NCBI RefSeq assembly: GCF_009914755.1
Contig: NC_060925.1
Direction: 5' to 3' (one strand)
Source: the human T2T-CHM13v2.0 reference genome, Homo sapiens
Length of the DNA stretch: 64,000 nucleotides
Position numbers and translations under genes: made by a program. Below are positions 12,871 to 24,860 of the stretch, one piece after another (within the stretch, counting starts at the first letter, position 1; every line of letters begins with the position of its first letter). The notes beneath the pieces were generated by a model that was given only the letters and a program-made list of their open reading frames with translations, had not been told where the DNA came from and made no database searches.

Positions 12871-13895
12871 TGCCCACTTCAGTCTCACAGTATCCAGCCA
12901 GCGAAAGGGCAAATGGGACTAGCACTATCACACCTCTATTCTCTATTTCTTGAAGAGTGCTTTACAATTTTCAAAGTATTATTTTTAAGTGCAGTGTCTC
13001 TTGAATTCTCAAATAACCCTGTTAGGTTATTATCACTATTTTCCAAATGTGTAAACTTATATAAAGTACAGTTGTACAAAGAGATTTTGTCATCTTCCCC
13101 AAGTAAATGGAAGAAGTATTCAAATCTCAATCTTTCAAGCTCTGACCCCAAGCTCTTTGCATGAACAACATGAGCTAAGGAATGCGTGTTGCTAGTAACC
13201 CACTATGTGCTAATGGGAGATCAAGGTATTTTCATTGCTTGTAACTCTTCACAAATACAGAACAACCACGAAACACTAACAATATTTTTCACCAAATATC
13301 AAGTCAGGAGAAGGAGAAAGGGAAGGAAAAGGAAAAGTGGAAGAAAAAGAAGAGGAAGGAGAAGAAGAAAAACAAGCAAACAAAATAACCAGCTTAGATT
13401 TGCTCAATAATAATAATGATAATAAGCTGTCTAGAGAGGTTACACAACTATTTCACATAAATTATTTCATTAAATGCCACACAGCATAGAAAAGAAAAAA
13501 AATTATTTCTATTTTGCAGATGAGCTTTAGGGAGGTTAAGAAACTTTCTATGAACAGTAAATGCCGGGGTTATTTCTAAATGTCAGGTCATCAACATTTT
13601 GCCACAGAGGATATAACCCTGGTTGCTGATCCTTCATTGTTCTTCGAATGTTTTTTTTTTTTTTTTAATTTTACACTAGAATCTCTAGTGTGTGAAAAAT
13701 CTCAGTGGAGGTTGATGGCAGGACTTCAATGTTAGGTACGTAACAGGACCTCTTGAAATTTAATACAAATGTTTGTGTGTACATGTTTCTGGTGGGAGAG
13801 TCCTTAACTTTTACCTGATTACCTAAATTCTGCAACACATACCACAATAATAAACTTACAAACCAGTTTGTTTCCCTTGCTGTAAATTCAGTTCA

Positions 13896-14199
13896 AGCCA
13901 GATGCAGTGGCTCGTGCCTGTAAACCCAACATTTTGGGAAATGAAGTTGGGAAAATCACTTGAAGCCAAGAGTTTGAGACTAGCCTGGGCAACATAGCAG
14001 GATCCTGTCTTCCCCCAAAATAAAATAATTAAAAATTACTCTGGTGTGGTGGTGCATGCCTGCAATCCTATTTACTGGAGATGCTGATTGAGGTTGGTAG
14101 ATGGCTTGAGCCCAGGGGTTTGAGGCTAGAGTGAGCCATGCTTGCACCACTGCACTCCAGCCTGAGCAACAAAGCATGACTGTCTCAAAAACAAACCAA
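13896..14199 (+). mobile_element. AluJ
   Basis: Dimer with J features; exact TSD aaattcagttca at 13884-13895 and 14200-14211. Confidence 0.92.
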
Positions 14200-15604
14200 A
14201 AATTCAGTTCAGTTAAACACACTTCGATTGAGCACCCACTGTGACCAGCATCATACTTGAGTGCCAAGGGTGCTAGGATCTTTGGTCCTTGTCTTCAAAG
14301 GTCACAGCTGACACTCAATGCACAATATCATTTCTTTTGTTTCTTTTATAAATCAGACTGTATCCTGCTGATGATATATATGTCTATATGATTTTATTCT
14401 GCCTCCGACCAATCTTATTTTGAAATTCTCCAAACTGCAGCTAAAATATCACTATCTCGGTGCTCAGTGTTTACACAAGTGGGCTGACTCTTCAGTATGC
14501 TCCTAGAACACAAATAGCTTTCAACAGATTTTCTGCCTCCCAATAGCTCCTTCTGGCCATATTCACTTTAGATATAGTGTCCATGAAAAACCTGTACATG
14601 TGATACACTAGGATTTCAAGTGGGCATCAAGAGCAAGGGTGGGCAGAGATGCACAGTGAGAATAAAGGAGGCCACACGGTGCGTCTGTTGATTGCTACAG
14701 AGTGGCAGCAGTGGGCATTGCTGGAAAGAGGTTGGAAGAAAGCTGCCAGCTGCTCCTTACCATCTCAGGATGTCAGGAGGGGTGCCCTCAGTGTTAAGAA
14801 TGACAGGAGTCATTGAGATGTACAAAGGAGTCAGTGTCTGGGTGGTGGTGAGGTCTAGGAAGAGAGGAGGGCTGCTATCATAGCAGCTTGAAGTCTGATT
14901 AAAGTGAAATGCCAAGTGAAGAATTTCTTCAAAAGAAAAGCACAGTAATAGCAATATATCGAAGTTGTTTGGGGCTATTCATTTTCAAAATACAGCCTAT
15001 TACACAATGAAAAATAGGGCAACCTGATAGAATAGACAGAGGGCCTTTTGAGACAGAAAATATCAATAGATAAGATCATACCTGTAAGTGGAAAAGGGCA
15101 AAGGGATTCTGAGCAGCAAGTATTTGAAAAGTACTGTTCCAGCCCTTTCTTTTATAGTTCAATATTGCACCACCACATTCAATACAAAATTCAGTACAGT
15201 ATTATATTTCAAAGTCTGGCCATATTGAAGTTACCTAAAAGGCAAGGAAGCAAAGTCTTTCATCACCCTCATTGTGAATGTAACAGACTTTCAAAGGAAA
15301 ACTGCCTCTGTTTCTGATAGTTCATTCCCATTTCACAAAGATGTGTCGGGATCAGCCCGTGTCCCTGCCCTCGCATGCACTGCTTCCCCGACTGAATCTA
15401 CTTTCCTGCTTTCACGCGCAAGCCTGAGCCTGGACTTCCCCAGGGACTGGAAGTTGCTTCAGTAGAAAATATATTAAGATGCTTCTTTGTTAAGGCAGAT
15501 GGTTTTCTTCCTGCCGAAGCTGTCTTACTTCTGCTGCCTCATGCCTGTTTCTTCACTCCATAGTTAGGTTTCTTGGCCCTAAGATAGAGCAGAAAGTCAG
15601 TTTA

Positions 15605-15729
15605 AGCCAGACTTGGTGGTGTGCACCTATAGTCCCAGCTACTCAGGAAGCTAAGGCAAGAGGATCCCTTCAGCCCAGGAGTCTCAGTCTGGCCTAGGCA
15701 ATATAGCAAGACCCTGTCTGTTTAAAAAA
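15605..15729 (+). mobile_element. FLAM (free left Alu monomer)
   Basis: About 125-bp monomer ending gcaagaccctgtctgtttaaaaaa. Confidence 0.8.
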
Positions 15730-15744
15730 TGAAGTGTGTATAAT

Positions 15745-15915
15745 AGAGTAGAAAGAGATGGAATTCAGAGTAAAGAAGACAAATTCTAAATCTGGCTACT
15801 AATTAGAAAGATGAGTTTGGCCAAGTTACTTAGCATCTCTGAGCCTAGGTCTCTTCTTCTTACAATGGGGGTATTAGTCTGAGCACAGTGCCTGTCAGAT
15901 CATGGTTTGTTGTTG
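15745..15915 (+). mobile_element. MIR
   Basis: ttggccaagttacttagcatctctgagcct...aatgggg...gcacagtgcctg. Confidence 0.7.
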
Positions 15916-16302
15916 TTATTGTTGCTTTGGCATGTTTCGCACCGCCACTCCTTGATTTTCTGCTTTCCTTTCAGCTCCAGTGTATTGCCTCATTCACGTC
16001 TGCCTACTCGGCTGTTGTCTTACATGTGTTCTTCTGGTTTCATCCACCTGTCCCTTGTGTTGTTCAAACCTATATTTTGTCTACTAAGGAAAGTCAAACT
16101 TTGGACAGATCTTTTGATGCTGCCTTGATCACTGCTTTTGTGTGTGTGGTGGCCAAGAATAGAAGCTGCTCAGATCTGCTGCAGGGAGCAGAACTGACTG
16201 ACAGCCCTAGCCGCTGCCGTGCTGCCTCCACTGCTGCATTCACGCGGAGGCCTTACTTCCTGCAAGCTGCTCCCAACCAGCGACAGAGTATGATGACCAC
16301 AC

Positions 16303-16667
16303 TGTGATAGCCAATTTTACGAGTAAACTAAACAGATATTTGGTCAAACATTAGTCTAGATACTTCTGTATTGTTAATATGAGATTATCATTTAAATCAG
16401 TAGACTCTAAGTAAAGCAGATGATCCTTCATTTCCTCTAGTATTCTTCTAGCAGACGGCCGTCGGACTCAATCTGCAACTCATCCCTGGATCTCCACCTT
16501 GCCCTGAAGAGCACATATACCAATTCCTTTACATCTCTCTCTCTCTCTTTCTCTTTATGTGTATAAACATACACACATCCTATTACAGATATGCATGTAT
16601 ATGTGTATATGTGTGTATGTATCACAACCTATGGGTTCTGTTGCCCTGGAGAACCCTAGCTAATATG
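16303..16667 (+). mobile_element. MLT2-family LTR (ERVL)
   Basis: tgtgatagccaatttt start, atttggtcaaacatt, aatcagtagactctaagtaaagcaga; ends ggttctgttgccctggagaaccctagctaat. Confidence 0.8.
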
Positions 16668-16945
16668 CCTACAAACAGGCCAATTCTAGCAAAATGTGAA
16701 CTCCTTCAACACACAATTTTAACTTCAGAACTCCCCACTGGCCCTTGCTGAATCTTTCTGGAAATGTCATTGTTGCCTGTGACTCTTTATACCTGGTATT
16801 CCTTCCTCCCTCTCTCCTTCCACATGTGTCAGGTCTGCATCATGATCAGAGTGCACCCCATGTAGGGTGCTCCTATGGCGCACCGCATACAGTGCACTCC
16901 TATTCCCTCCACAGATACATCTCCTGTAGTTCTAGTCTGTTTTAG

Positions 16946-17273
<328 letters not shown>

Positions 17274-17359
17274 TTCCTGGTAAATTTTAAACTAATGCAA
17301 TGTGCTTGTTTCTCTGCTCTCAATCTCAATTTTTGTCTCCAGCTTTGTTTCCCACTACT

Positions 17360-17835
17360 CTTCTACATGGTCCTGAATGAAACTTTTCAAGCACTAAAAA
17401 GTTGTTATTCATCTTGGGTGAAGTGCTTATCCTGCCTTTAATGTCAAAGCCAGGACTTGCTAACTTAACCACACTGAATACCTTTCAGATGACCCCAAAT
17501 GTGCCAGATTCATGCTTGCTTTGGCGTCTGATCCCAACTCCCCCAATCTCCAACCCTCTTCTATCAGAGTTTCACCTTTGAATTTGAATACAAATTTCCC
17601 CAGGAGCCCTTTTTCCATCCCTTAGACATGGGTTATATGCTATTCCTCTGTGTTCCTATAACTTCTTGTGCCTTCCATAATATAAGGCTTATTAATCTAT
17701 ATTCTAATTGCTTCTTTACTTCTCTAATTTTCCCTTTCTAGTCTAAACACTTTGAGATAATAAACAGTGCTTTAATTGTTGTCTCTTTAATGAGTGGTTC
17801 CATAGGTGCTCAATAAATACTATTAAACAAATGAA
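17360..17835 (+). mobile_element. L2 3' fragment
   Basis: Ends cataggtgctcaataaatactattaaacaaatgaa. Confidence 0.6.
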
Positions 17836-18849
17836 CTCCAAGTCATGAAAACATCCAGAAAAGATGTTTTTGTATTTCTACGACTTAGTATAAACTGAGT
17901 TCTTAAAAATAAGCTCTTAGATGACTGGGTGTATGTGACTTCCAAGAAGGCACTGAAGGTCAACTCCTTGAGTTCTTGTTTATTTCAGGGAGCAAGCCAG
18001 GGATAGAGCAGGGAAGGAGTTTAGAAACATTTTCTTTGCCAAAGAAGTAGTGTCTAGTCCCTACTAATAACTGGATTTTAAGCTGCTTGTTAAGAAGATG
18101 TGCATAAAAATGTGTAGCAAGGCACCTGACACACAATAGATTTTCAGTACTGACCAATAGCTTTCAACCCTACTTTCCATCCTTCCTTTCCTTTCTCTGA
18201 TTTCATCTCATCACCTTTCATTGTTGTTTGATAGCTACAGTATGGGCTAAGTAGACATTGCTGGGGGTGAGGGGGCAGACAGTCTTAAGGGAGAAACTCA
18301 CCTCTTCCATTGCTAAACCTTTCCTACTCCCCCATGCATCACAGCGTGAAATCTGTAAGTACTTACTGAGTACCTTCTAGGAGCAAAGAATATTCCTAGA
18401 CACTGAAGAGAAAAAGGGAAAGGAGATAAAAATGTTTAAGACAAAAACCTCTGCTTTCTATGAATTTACAACCTAAGGAGGGGGAGACAGACACATAAAT
18501 TAATTCAAATACAAGAGAGACTGTGAAAACTGCTTTAGAATACATGTTCACACACCGTCTCTAATAGGATCTTATGGAGAAAGTCTAATCTCAGCCCACC
18601 CCTGTGAATGTGTAACCCATTTGATACCTTGCTCAGTAGTTGGTATCCAGCTCAATGGCATTCCATGCAGGAAGCTCTTAATGTTAACTATGAATTACAT
18701 AAGCATTTTCCCTCATTTTCATGTAAATTCCATGTTATCTAATTTCATTGACTTCCTAATATTATAGGCAAAAGTGAATAGAAGTACTCAACTGGCTTTT
18801 TTGTTTTAATATTTCATTTTTTTACCCTCTTCTAACAAATTTCCTCTTT

Positions 18850-19760
18850 CTTTCCTTTCCAAATGAAATAATCCTGGCCTTTTTCATCTCTTCTCATGTG
18901 CATCTAATCATTGCACTTACACCTCTGTAGGCCTTTCCTACAGTCTCTTTGCTGTGAACAGATCCTTTATTGAGATGTTCACAATGACTGCTAGACCTTT
19001 CTCCTGAAAGATTATAGTTAATCCAAAATCTATCAGTGTTCATTCATAGCTTAAATTATTTCTTATAATATAGAGTACCATTGTTTTGTCTTGGCTCAAT
19101 TTTATCTGACATCAGATTATTCAACTACCTAAATTTTGTTGGGCCCTTGTGGAGTTCCTCAAAATATTCCCCACTCCCGACTAGCCTAAATAGTTCTCCA
19201 TCCCCAACACATTTTGCAACCTCATTATTCGGAAGCATTTCCAGATTGATTGGTGTTAACATATACAAGAAACTTGGTTCCAACACCATTCCCTAGTGCA
19301 CCTTTCTATTAACTTCCTTTCAGACTAACAACATCATTTATTCCAACCTTTTATTTTCATTGTTATCCAGGATTTTTTAGCATCAAGGATTTACAGACAA
19401 AATTTTACCTCTCACCTCTTGGGTCCTACAGAAGGCTGAAATGGATTCTAAATGTTTTCTGGTTAGGGGCTTGATCAAAAGCCTTTTGAATGTCTAAATA
19501 TTTAATGCCCACTACTTCTCTACACTTCAGTATTTTGTTAACTCTTTCAAAAAAATTCCAAATAGATTAGAGAGGCATGATTTATCCAGTCTGAAGCTCA
19601 CATACTATCCACCTGGGTGTTTTATAACGCTCAGTAATGATTTTATCAGCTATTTTTTTCCCATCCTGCAGGTAACACTCATTGGTAAGTAATCCCCCAG
19701 GTAACTCCAAGCTCATTATTTAAAGATGGGCATTCCTGCCTGTTTGTCCAGACAAACAGG
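18850..19760 (-). mobile_element. CR1/L3-clade LINE fossil, RT domain
   Basis: Manual minus-strand translation: FRLDKSCLSNL / FFERVNKILKCREVVGIKYLDIQKAFDQAP (about 19597-19465), VH*GMVLEPSF, NLEMLPNNEVAKCVGDGELFRLV; these match CR1 RT motifs SCLTNL, YLDFxKAFD, PQGSVLGP and KFADDTKL. Confidence 0.85.
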
Positions 19761-19929
19761 CACCTAATGGAAATTCAGGCCAAATAACATAAAACCTGTT
19801 TTCTCTCTGACATATCCAACCACTATCCTAAAACATGCTGGGGCATGTCAGAGCAAAAGAAAGTCTTAGTTCAACTATTAAATATACACCATGTACTTTG
19901 CCTGCTCTAAAAGGAACATTAAGCTAGAT

Positions 19930-20132
19930 TTAGTTTAGATACAAGGAAAAATTTCCTGACAGGTCTCTTTAGCCCCCAAATGAGTATGGAGGGAGGCTAT
20001 GAATTCTCTTTTTCCCAGAAATCTCTTAGAGTAACTCTTCATTCTTCAGACACGGCTTCCTAGCAGTCCTTCCGAAGAGGGAAGAATGTAATAACTGCTG
20101 GAAGCCACCTTTCCGTTCTATTTTATGATTTT
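19930..20132 (+). mobile_element. CR1/L3-type 3' tail (L3 or MIR3-like)
   Basis: aaggaaaaatttcctgacag...gagggaggctatgaattctc...cctttccgttctattttatgatt. Confidence 0.5.
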
Positions 20133-20769
20133 TTTGAACTCAATAGATCTTAGAGGAGAAAAAAGGAGAGCAAACTTGCAGAATATCTCGCAGAGTAAAT
20201 TGAATGATAGCAGCTGTCAGAAAGTACAAACAAGTTAAAAACTGTATTTAAATTAAAACTGAAGTACCCTCAAGGTGACCCAACTAAATTTGCTGAAAGG
20301 ATGAGAGGAATTGACAAAACTAATCAACAAAGGTAATCACCTGAATATACACTAAGTGCTCCAGGTGCAGAATTGCAAAAGGACCCTCCACCCAGACACG
20401 GGGGGCTCACATGGATAGCAATCAGCGAAACAGACAAACACCTGAAAGAGGAGTGGACACAGAGTAGGAGGAAGACAGGACAAGTGGCAGAAGATTGCTC
20501 TTTCTCTTTCCTTTTTTGACTTCTAGTGGTTCAAGTTTATCATAGGAATGATAATTTTATGTTGATAATAGTTGACAATCAGTGAGTAAGGAGTGGCTGT
20601 ATCAGCGCACTGTGTTCAGGTGGGGAGATGGACGAAGGAACAGAGGCTGAAGGGTGATCTTTCTAGAATATAAATAGAACCTATTTTCTATTATGAAAAT
20701 AATTTGTTGGCTTCCTATTGATCTGTGAAAAAAGAATAAAATATTAACAGGGTTATCATGTATTTTTTC

Positions 20770-21444
20770 CAGGCTTAGCTTCACAATTTGTAGGGACCCT
20801 TGTTCAAAAAGCAGGGAGAAAAGCACCCTTAATATCAAACTTTGATTTTCTTCCATTTTCTTTCTCCTTACCTGTCAGTGTGGTTTTATATTTGCCATTT
20901 ACTATAGGGTTTTTCTTAGGCATGGAGACATCTTCCCTCTCGGGCATCTCCCATTCTCATAGTCCTGACTCCCAAACCTGCAGCTGCCAGGCCACACCTA
21001 AGGGTTTGCCAACTCTGTGCTGGTACTGGATTGGGGTTGAACGAGAGGCTCATGAGTTACACTGTGCCATGTCCCACCCAAAGAGGCCACTGGGCACTTA
21101 ACAGACCCCAGTCCTCCCCTCCTCTGGGGCAGAGGATGGCAGTAGTTGCCTGGCAATGGCAGGGAGCCAGAGGCCAGGTAGGACCTGCAGCATCAGAGGG
21201 TGGAGAACCTGCAAGAGGTATCTGGGAAGATGAGACCGTGGAGGACCCAAGTCTCCAAGCCTCTCTTTTCCACACACATTCCATTGCTTATTGTCCCACC
21301 AACCTCACTTCCAAAACATAATTTAAAGAAAATTTTAGGAATTTCATGACAGTGACACAGGGCATTAAACCCCAAGCTCAGAGCCCATGTGAGGGTGGAA
21401 GCCTGCATGACTGTCCAAGTTATCTGCCCATGAAGCCAGCCCTG
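20770..21444 (-). mobile_element. MER45-family (hAT-Tip100) DNA transposon, MER45C-like
   Basis: Termini caggc... / ...catgaagccagccctg; 8-bp hAT-type TSD attttttc (20762-20769) / actttttc (21445-21452). Confidence 0.8.
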
Positions 21445-21724
21445 ACTTTTTCATCCAAACCTCAACACATTTGAAAATGGAAGGGTACACTAACCAGATA
21501 GGATTCTGAGATGATAGGAGTAAGCAGGCAGAGTTCCATGCATACCAGGGCAGTTTAGCTGCCCCAGAGAATTCCACTGTATGATCATATAATTATTTTT
21601 CTAACAATTCTTTGGCTTAATGACATTTATTTAGACTGATCATAACATTTCACTGTTGCAGGCAATATTTCAATAAATATCTTTGGAGGAGTCTGAGTAT
21701 TTGTTGTAATTTCTCTAGTAGGGT

Positions 21725-22110
21725 GATTTTCATATTGAGGGACACAATCAGGATCAATTGAGTAATGAAATCAATTAGTGGTATGGGACCAGAGTGGAGT
21801 AGATTGGGTTGAAGTAGAGTGACATTGAACAGAATCGTATAGAATGGAATAGGATCAAATAATAGAATAGAATAGAATAGAGTAGAATAGAATAGAATAG
21901 AATAGAATAGAATAGAATAGAATAGAATAGAATAATAGAATGATTCTATCAAATGAAATGCAGAAGATTATTTTATTGTGAACTTTTACTTCAGTTATGT
22001 GTATGAATATGCATGTATATATTCTGTTTTGCAATGTGAAACAGTTTTTGTTAGCTTATTTTGTTTTGTTCTGCTATGGATTGCTGCAAAAAAAAAAGTT
22101 TGAAAGCACC
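21725..22110 (+). mobile_element. MER112-like hAT-Charlie MITE carrying an expanded (AATAG)n
   Basis: gaaatcaattagtgg...gaccag; gtgaacttttacttcagttat; caaaaaaaaaagtttgaaagcac end. Confidence 0.6.
21861..21939. repeat. (AATAG)n pentanucleotide repeat
   Basis: Read directly from sequence. Confidence 0.95.
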
Positions 22111-22111
22111 T

Positions 22112-24300
22112 TTTCTAGAGTTTATAAGTCAAAGTGGAATTGCCAGGTCATAGGATATATTTGACTTTTGTGGATATTGACAATTTCTCTCAAAGGCAGT
22201 TGCTCCAATTTTCCCTCTTTGCATTACGTAAAATGTTCTGATTCTCCACCTGCACTCCAGCAACTAGCATAGTCAAATATTTTTGGCCAACATGATGGAT
22301 AGGAAATTTCATCTTGTTTAAATGTACATGTTTCTGATGAGTGAACAACTTTACACTTGGTTATCGGTCACACAGTTGTCTCCTTTAAAATTTGTCTGGT
22401 AATATTCCTTGCCAATTCCAATTTTTCTCTTGAGTTGTCTGTGAATTATTTTCAAATTTGTACATCCATAAATATACTTAGATATGTTTGTATATATATA
22501 TTTTTCAAAAAAGCATTTATAAAAATTGTTCATGTTTGTAAGTGGTCCTTTGGAAAAAATAGATATATTTTCTAAATTGAGGTACTGGAATACATACGTA
22601 GCCATCAAGCAAGAGTTGTTCACATATCTCTTAATATTTTATCTAAGTGATGTCTCAGTTATGAAATAGCTGTGTTAAAAATGCACCATTGTGACTATGG
22701 ATTTTAAAGTGTTTCCTTAAATAATTCTGTCAAATGGAGTTTCATTTATTTTTAATTTTTATGTTTGGACACACACAGCGTTAACATTTTTATAGCTTTC
22801 TATGATTTTCCCCATTATATTGTTGTGTTAATAATGAACTTTGCTTAATAATAGTTTATAATTTAATGCTCACTTAGTTTCATATATGTAACTATACCAC
22901 CTTTCATTTGGTTATACTTTTGTGCAGCCCTTTACTGTCAACATTCCTGTGTTCTTACACTTTATGTGTTTCTTGTAAATTGCATCTAGTTTGATTATAG
23001 GTTTTTGTCCATCTAATCATATAATTCCTATTTTTAGATAAGTAGATATCATCTATATTATTGTGATTCTTGAAATACTTGGAAATATTACTGCCATCTT
23101 CATTTTGAATTTTCTATTTCTCATTCTTATCACTTATTTTCCCTCCTCTATTGCCTTCTAGTAGACAAATCAAATTCCCTTAATCACCTCCCTGTATTCT
23201 TCCATTTGGTTTCAAAGTTTTAGATTTATTATTTAATGAATACCTTTACATTTTACCACCTTTACTTAGCTTGATGAAAACTAAGTTAATAAATATTTAT
23301 ATTCTTCTAATCAGTACAAAAAGCTCTCCTTCTTATATTAGGCAAGTTTATTCTACCTTCTTTTATACCTGTCTCAAACTATTAATGATGATTATTAATT
23401 TAGAGTGTTTATTTAGATTTCCCAATATGTATACCCTCCTTTTTTTTGTTTGCCATTGTTTCTTTTATTCCATTCATGTCTTCTTGGGTAGTTCTTTCAG
23501 TAAGCGTCTGTCAGGGATAGAAAACCTTAGCCTTTGTTTTCTTGCAAATATCTTTATTTTATTCTCAAATTTGAGTGATTGCTTTATAAAATTCTATGGT
23601 GACAGTTAATTTACTACTGCTGTCTTTTGACATTTATTATTGCTGATGAGAAGTCTGCTGTCAGTCGGCTGACACTTATTCTTTTGGAGATAAACTATTT
23701 TTCTTCTCTAGTAATTTTTAATGTAGTCTCTATGTTCATGAGTTGATGATGTTTTAGCATGAGGTATCTGAGTTTATGTTTCTTGTTCCTTTTTCTTTTG
23801 ATTCAGTGTGCTTCTAAAATGTGAAGACTCATATCATTTTCAATGCTAAAAAATTCTTATTTTTTGTTTGAATAGATTTTACCTCCATTTACTTTATTTT
23901 CCTCTTCTGGGACCTTTAAAAATATGTATAGTGGCTTTTCACCCAATGATCTATATATATTGATATTATTTTTACATTTCTTTACTTTTCTGTGCTGCCT
24001 TCTAGATAATTTCTTCATATTTATAGTTTTTGGTTCATTAGTTATATATTCAAAGGTATATATAATCCTGTTCAGTTGCTTTTTAATTTCTATTACTATA
24101 TTTTTTATTTTCAGAAGATCTGATTATTTTATCTAATACCTTGTCATTTTTTATATAGTACATTTCATCTTCATGATTTTATTTTCTTGAAAAATATCTT
24201 TAATCATGTTAATCACACCTATTTTGCTGTCATTCAAATTATTCTTTTTTCTTCAGGGACAGTTATTCCTATTTATTTGAGTTTTAATTCTTGTTTTTGT
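22112..24300 (-). mobile_element. Old L1M fragments
   Basis: T-rich; aagtggaattgccaggtcatagg (L1 3' end reversed) and ttgctgatgagaagtctgctgtcag (ORF1 region reversed). Confidence 0.65.
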
Positions 24301-24529
24301 TATTTATTCTAGCTAGCGGCTTATCCAGGTTTTGTGGGTCCTGACATTTGTATAATTTTTAGGGCCTTAACCACTCCCACTTTCATTTATCTGTCTTCTA
24401 GAAATTTTGCTTTCTTCCATTTGAGTTTGATAATAGAGTGAAAATCACTTTTTGTTAATGATCAAGCATTTATATCTTCTGTAGTTAAAGGGGTCTGTCC
24501 GAGTCAATTTGCTTCACTCTATTGCTGGA

Positions 24530-24860
24530 GCACTTTACCTCTTTTTGTACCCTAACACTGTTTTCCATCTTTTAACTCACTTTGCTACAGCCATGCTGAC
24601 CTTCCATTTCTTTAATTCATCCTACTGCCTCCTGGCCCCTGATCCTGAACATTACCCTTGCAGGGAATACTTCTTTAACGTCTAATCATCTTTTTATTAA
24701 TCTGAGTTCAAGTGTCAATTCCTCAAGGAAGTTACAGATCCACACCAGGTCCCTTGCTCACACATTCCCATTTTCTCATACACATTTCTTGCCACAGCAC
24801 TTGTCATTTACAATGATACATTTCAATGATTTATTACTATCTGTCATTCCTGCTGAAATA
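24530..24860 (+). mobile_element. L2 fragment
   Basis: cagccatgctgaccttc...aagtgtcaattcctcaaggaag...cacagcacttgtc. Confidence 0.55.

Noticed and set aside
13186-13410. ORF with a protamine/NLS-like basic tract (RRRRKGRKRKSGRKRRGRRRRK)
   Set aside because: It is the translation of a purine-rich low-complexity tract (about 13306-13372); GTG start, no exon context
13673-13691. 8-bp hairpin acactaga-atc-tctagtgt
   Set aside because: Too short; expected by chance in 64 kb
21650-21952. ORF with (YSILF)n repeats
   Set aside because: Translation of the (CTATT)n microsatellite
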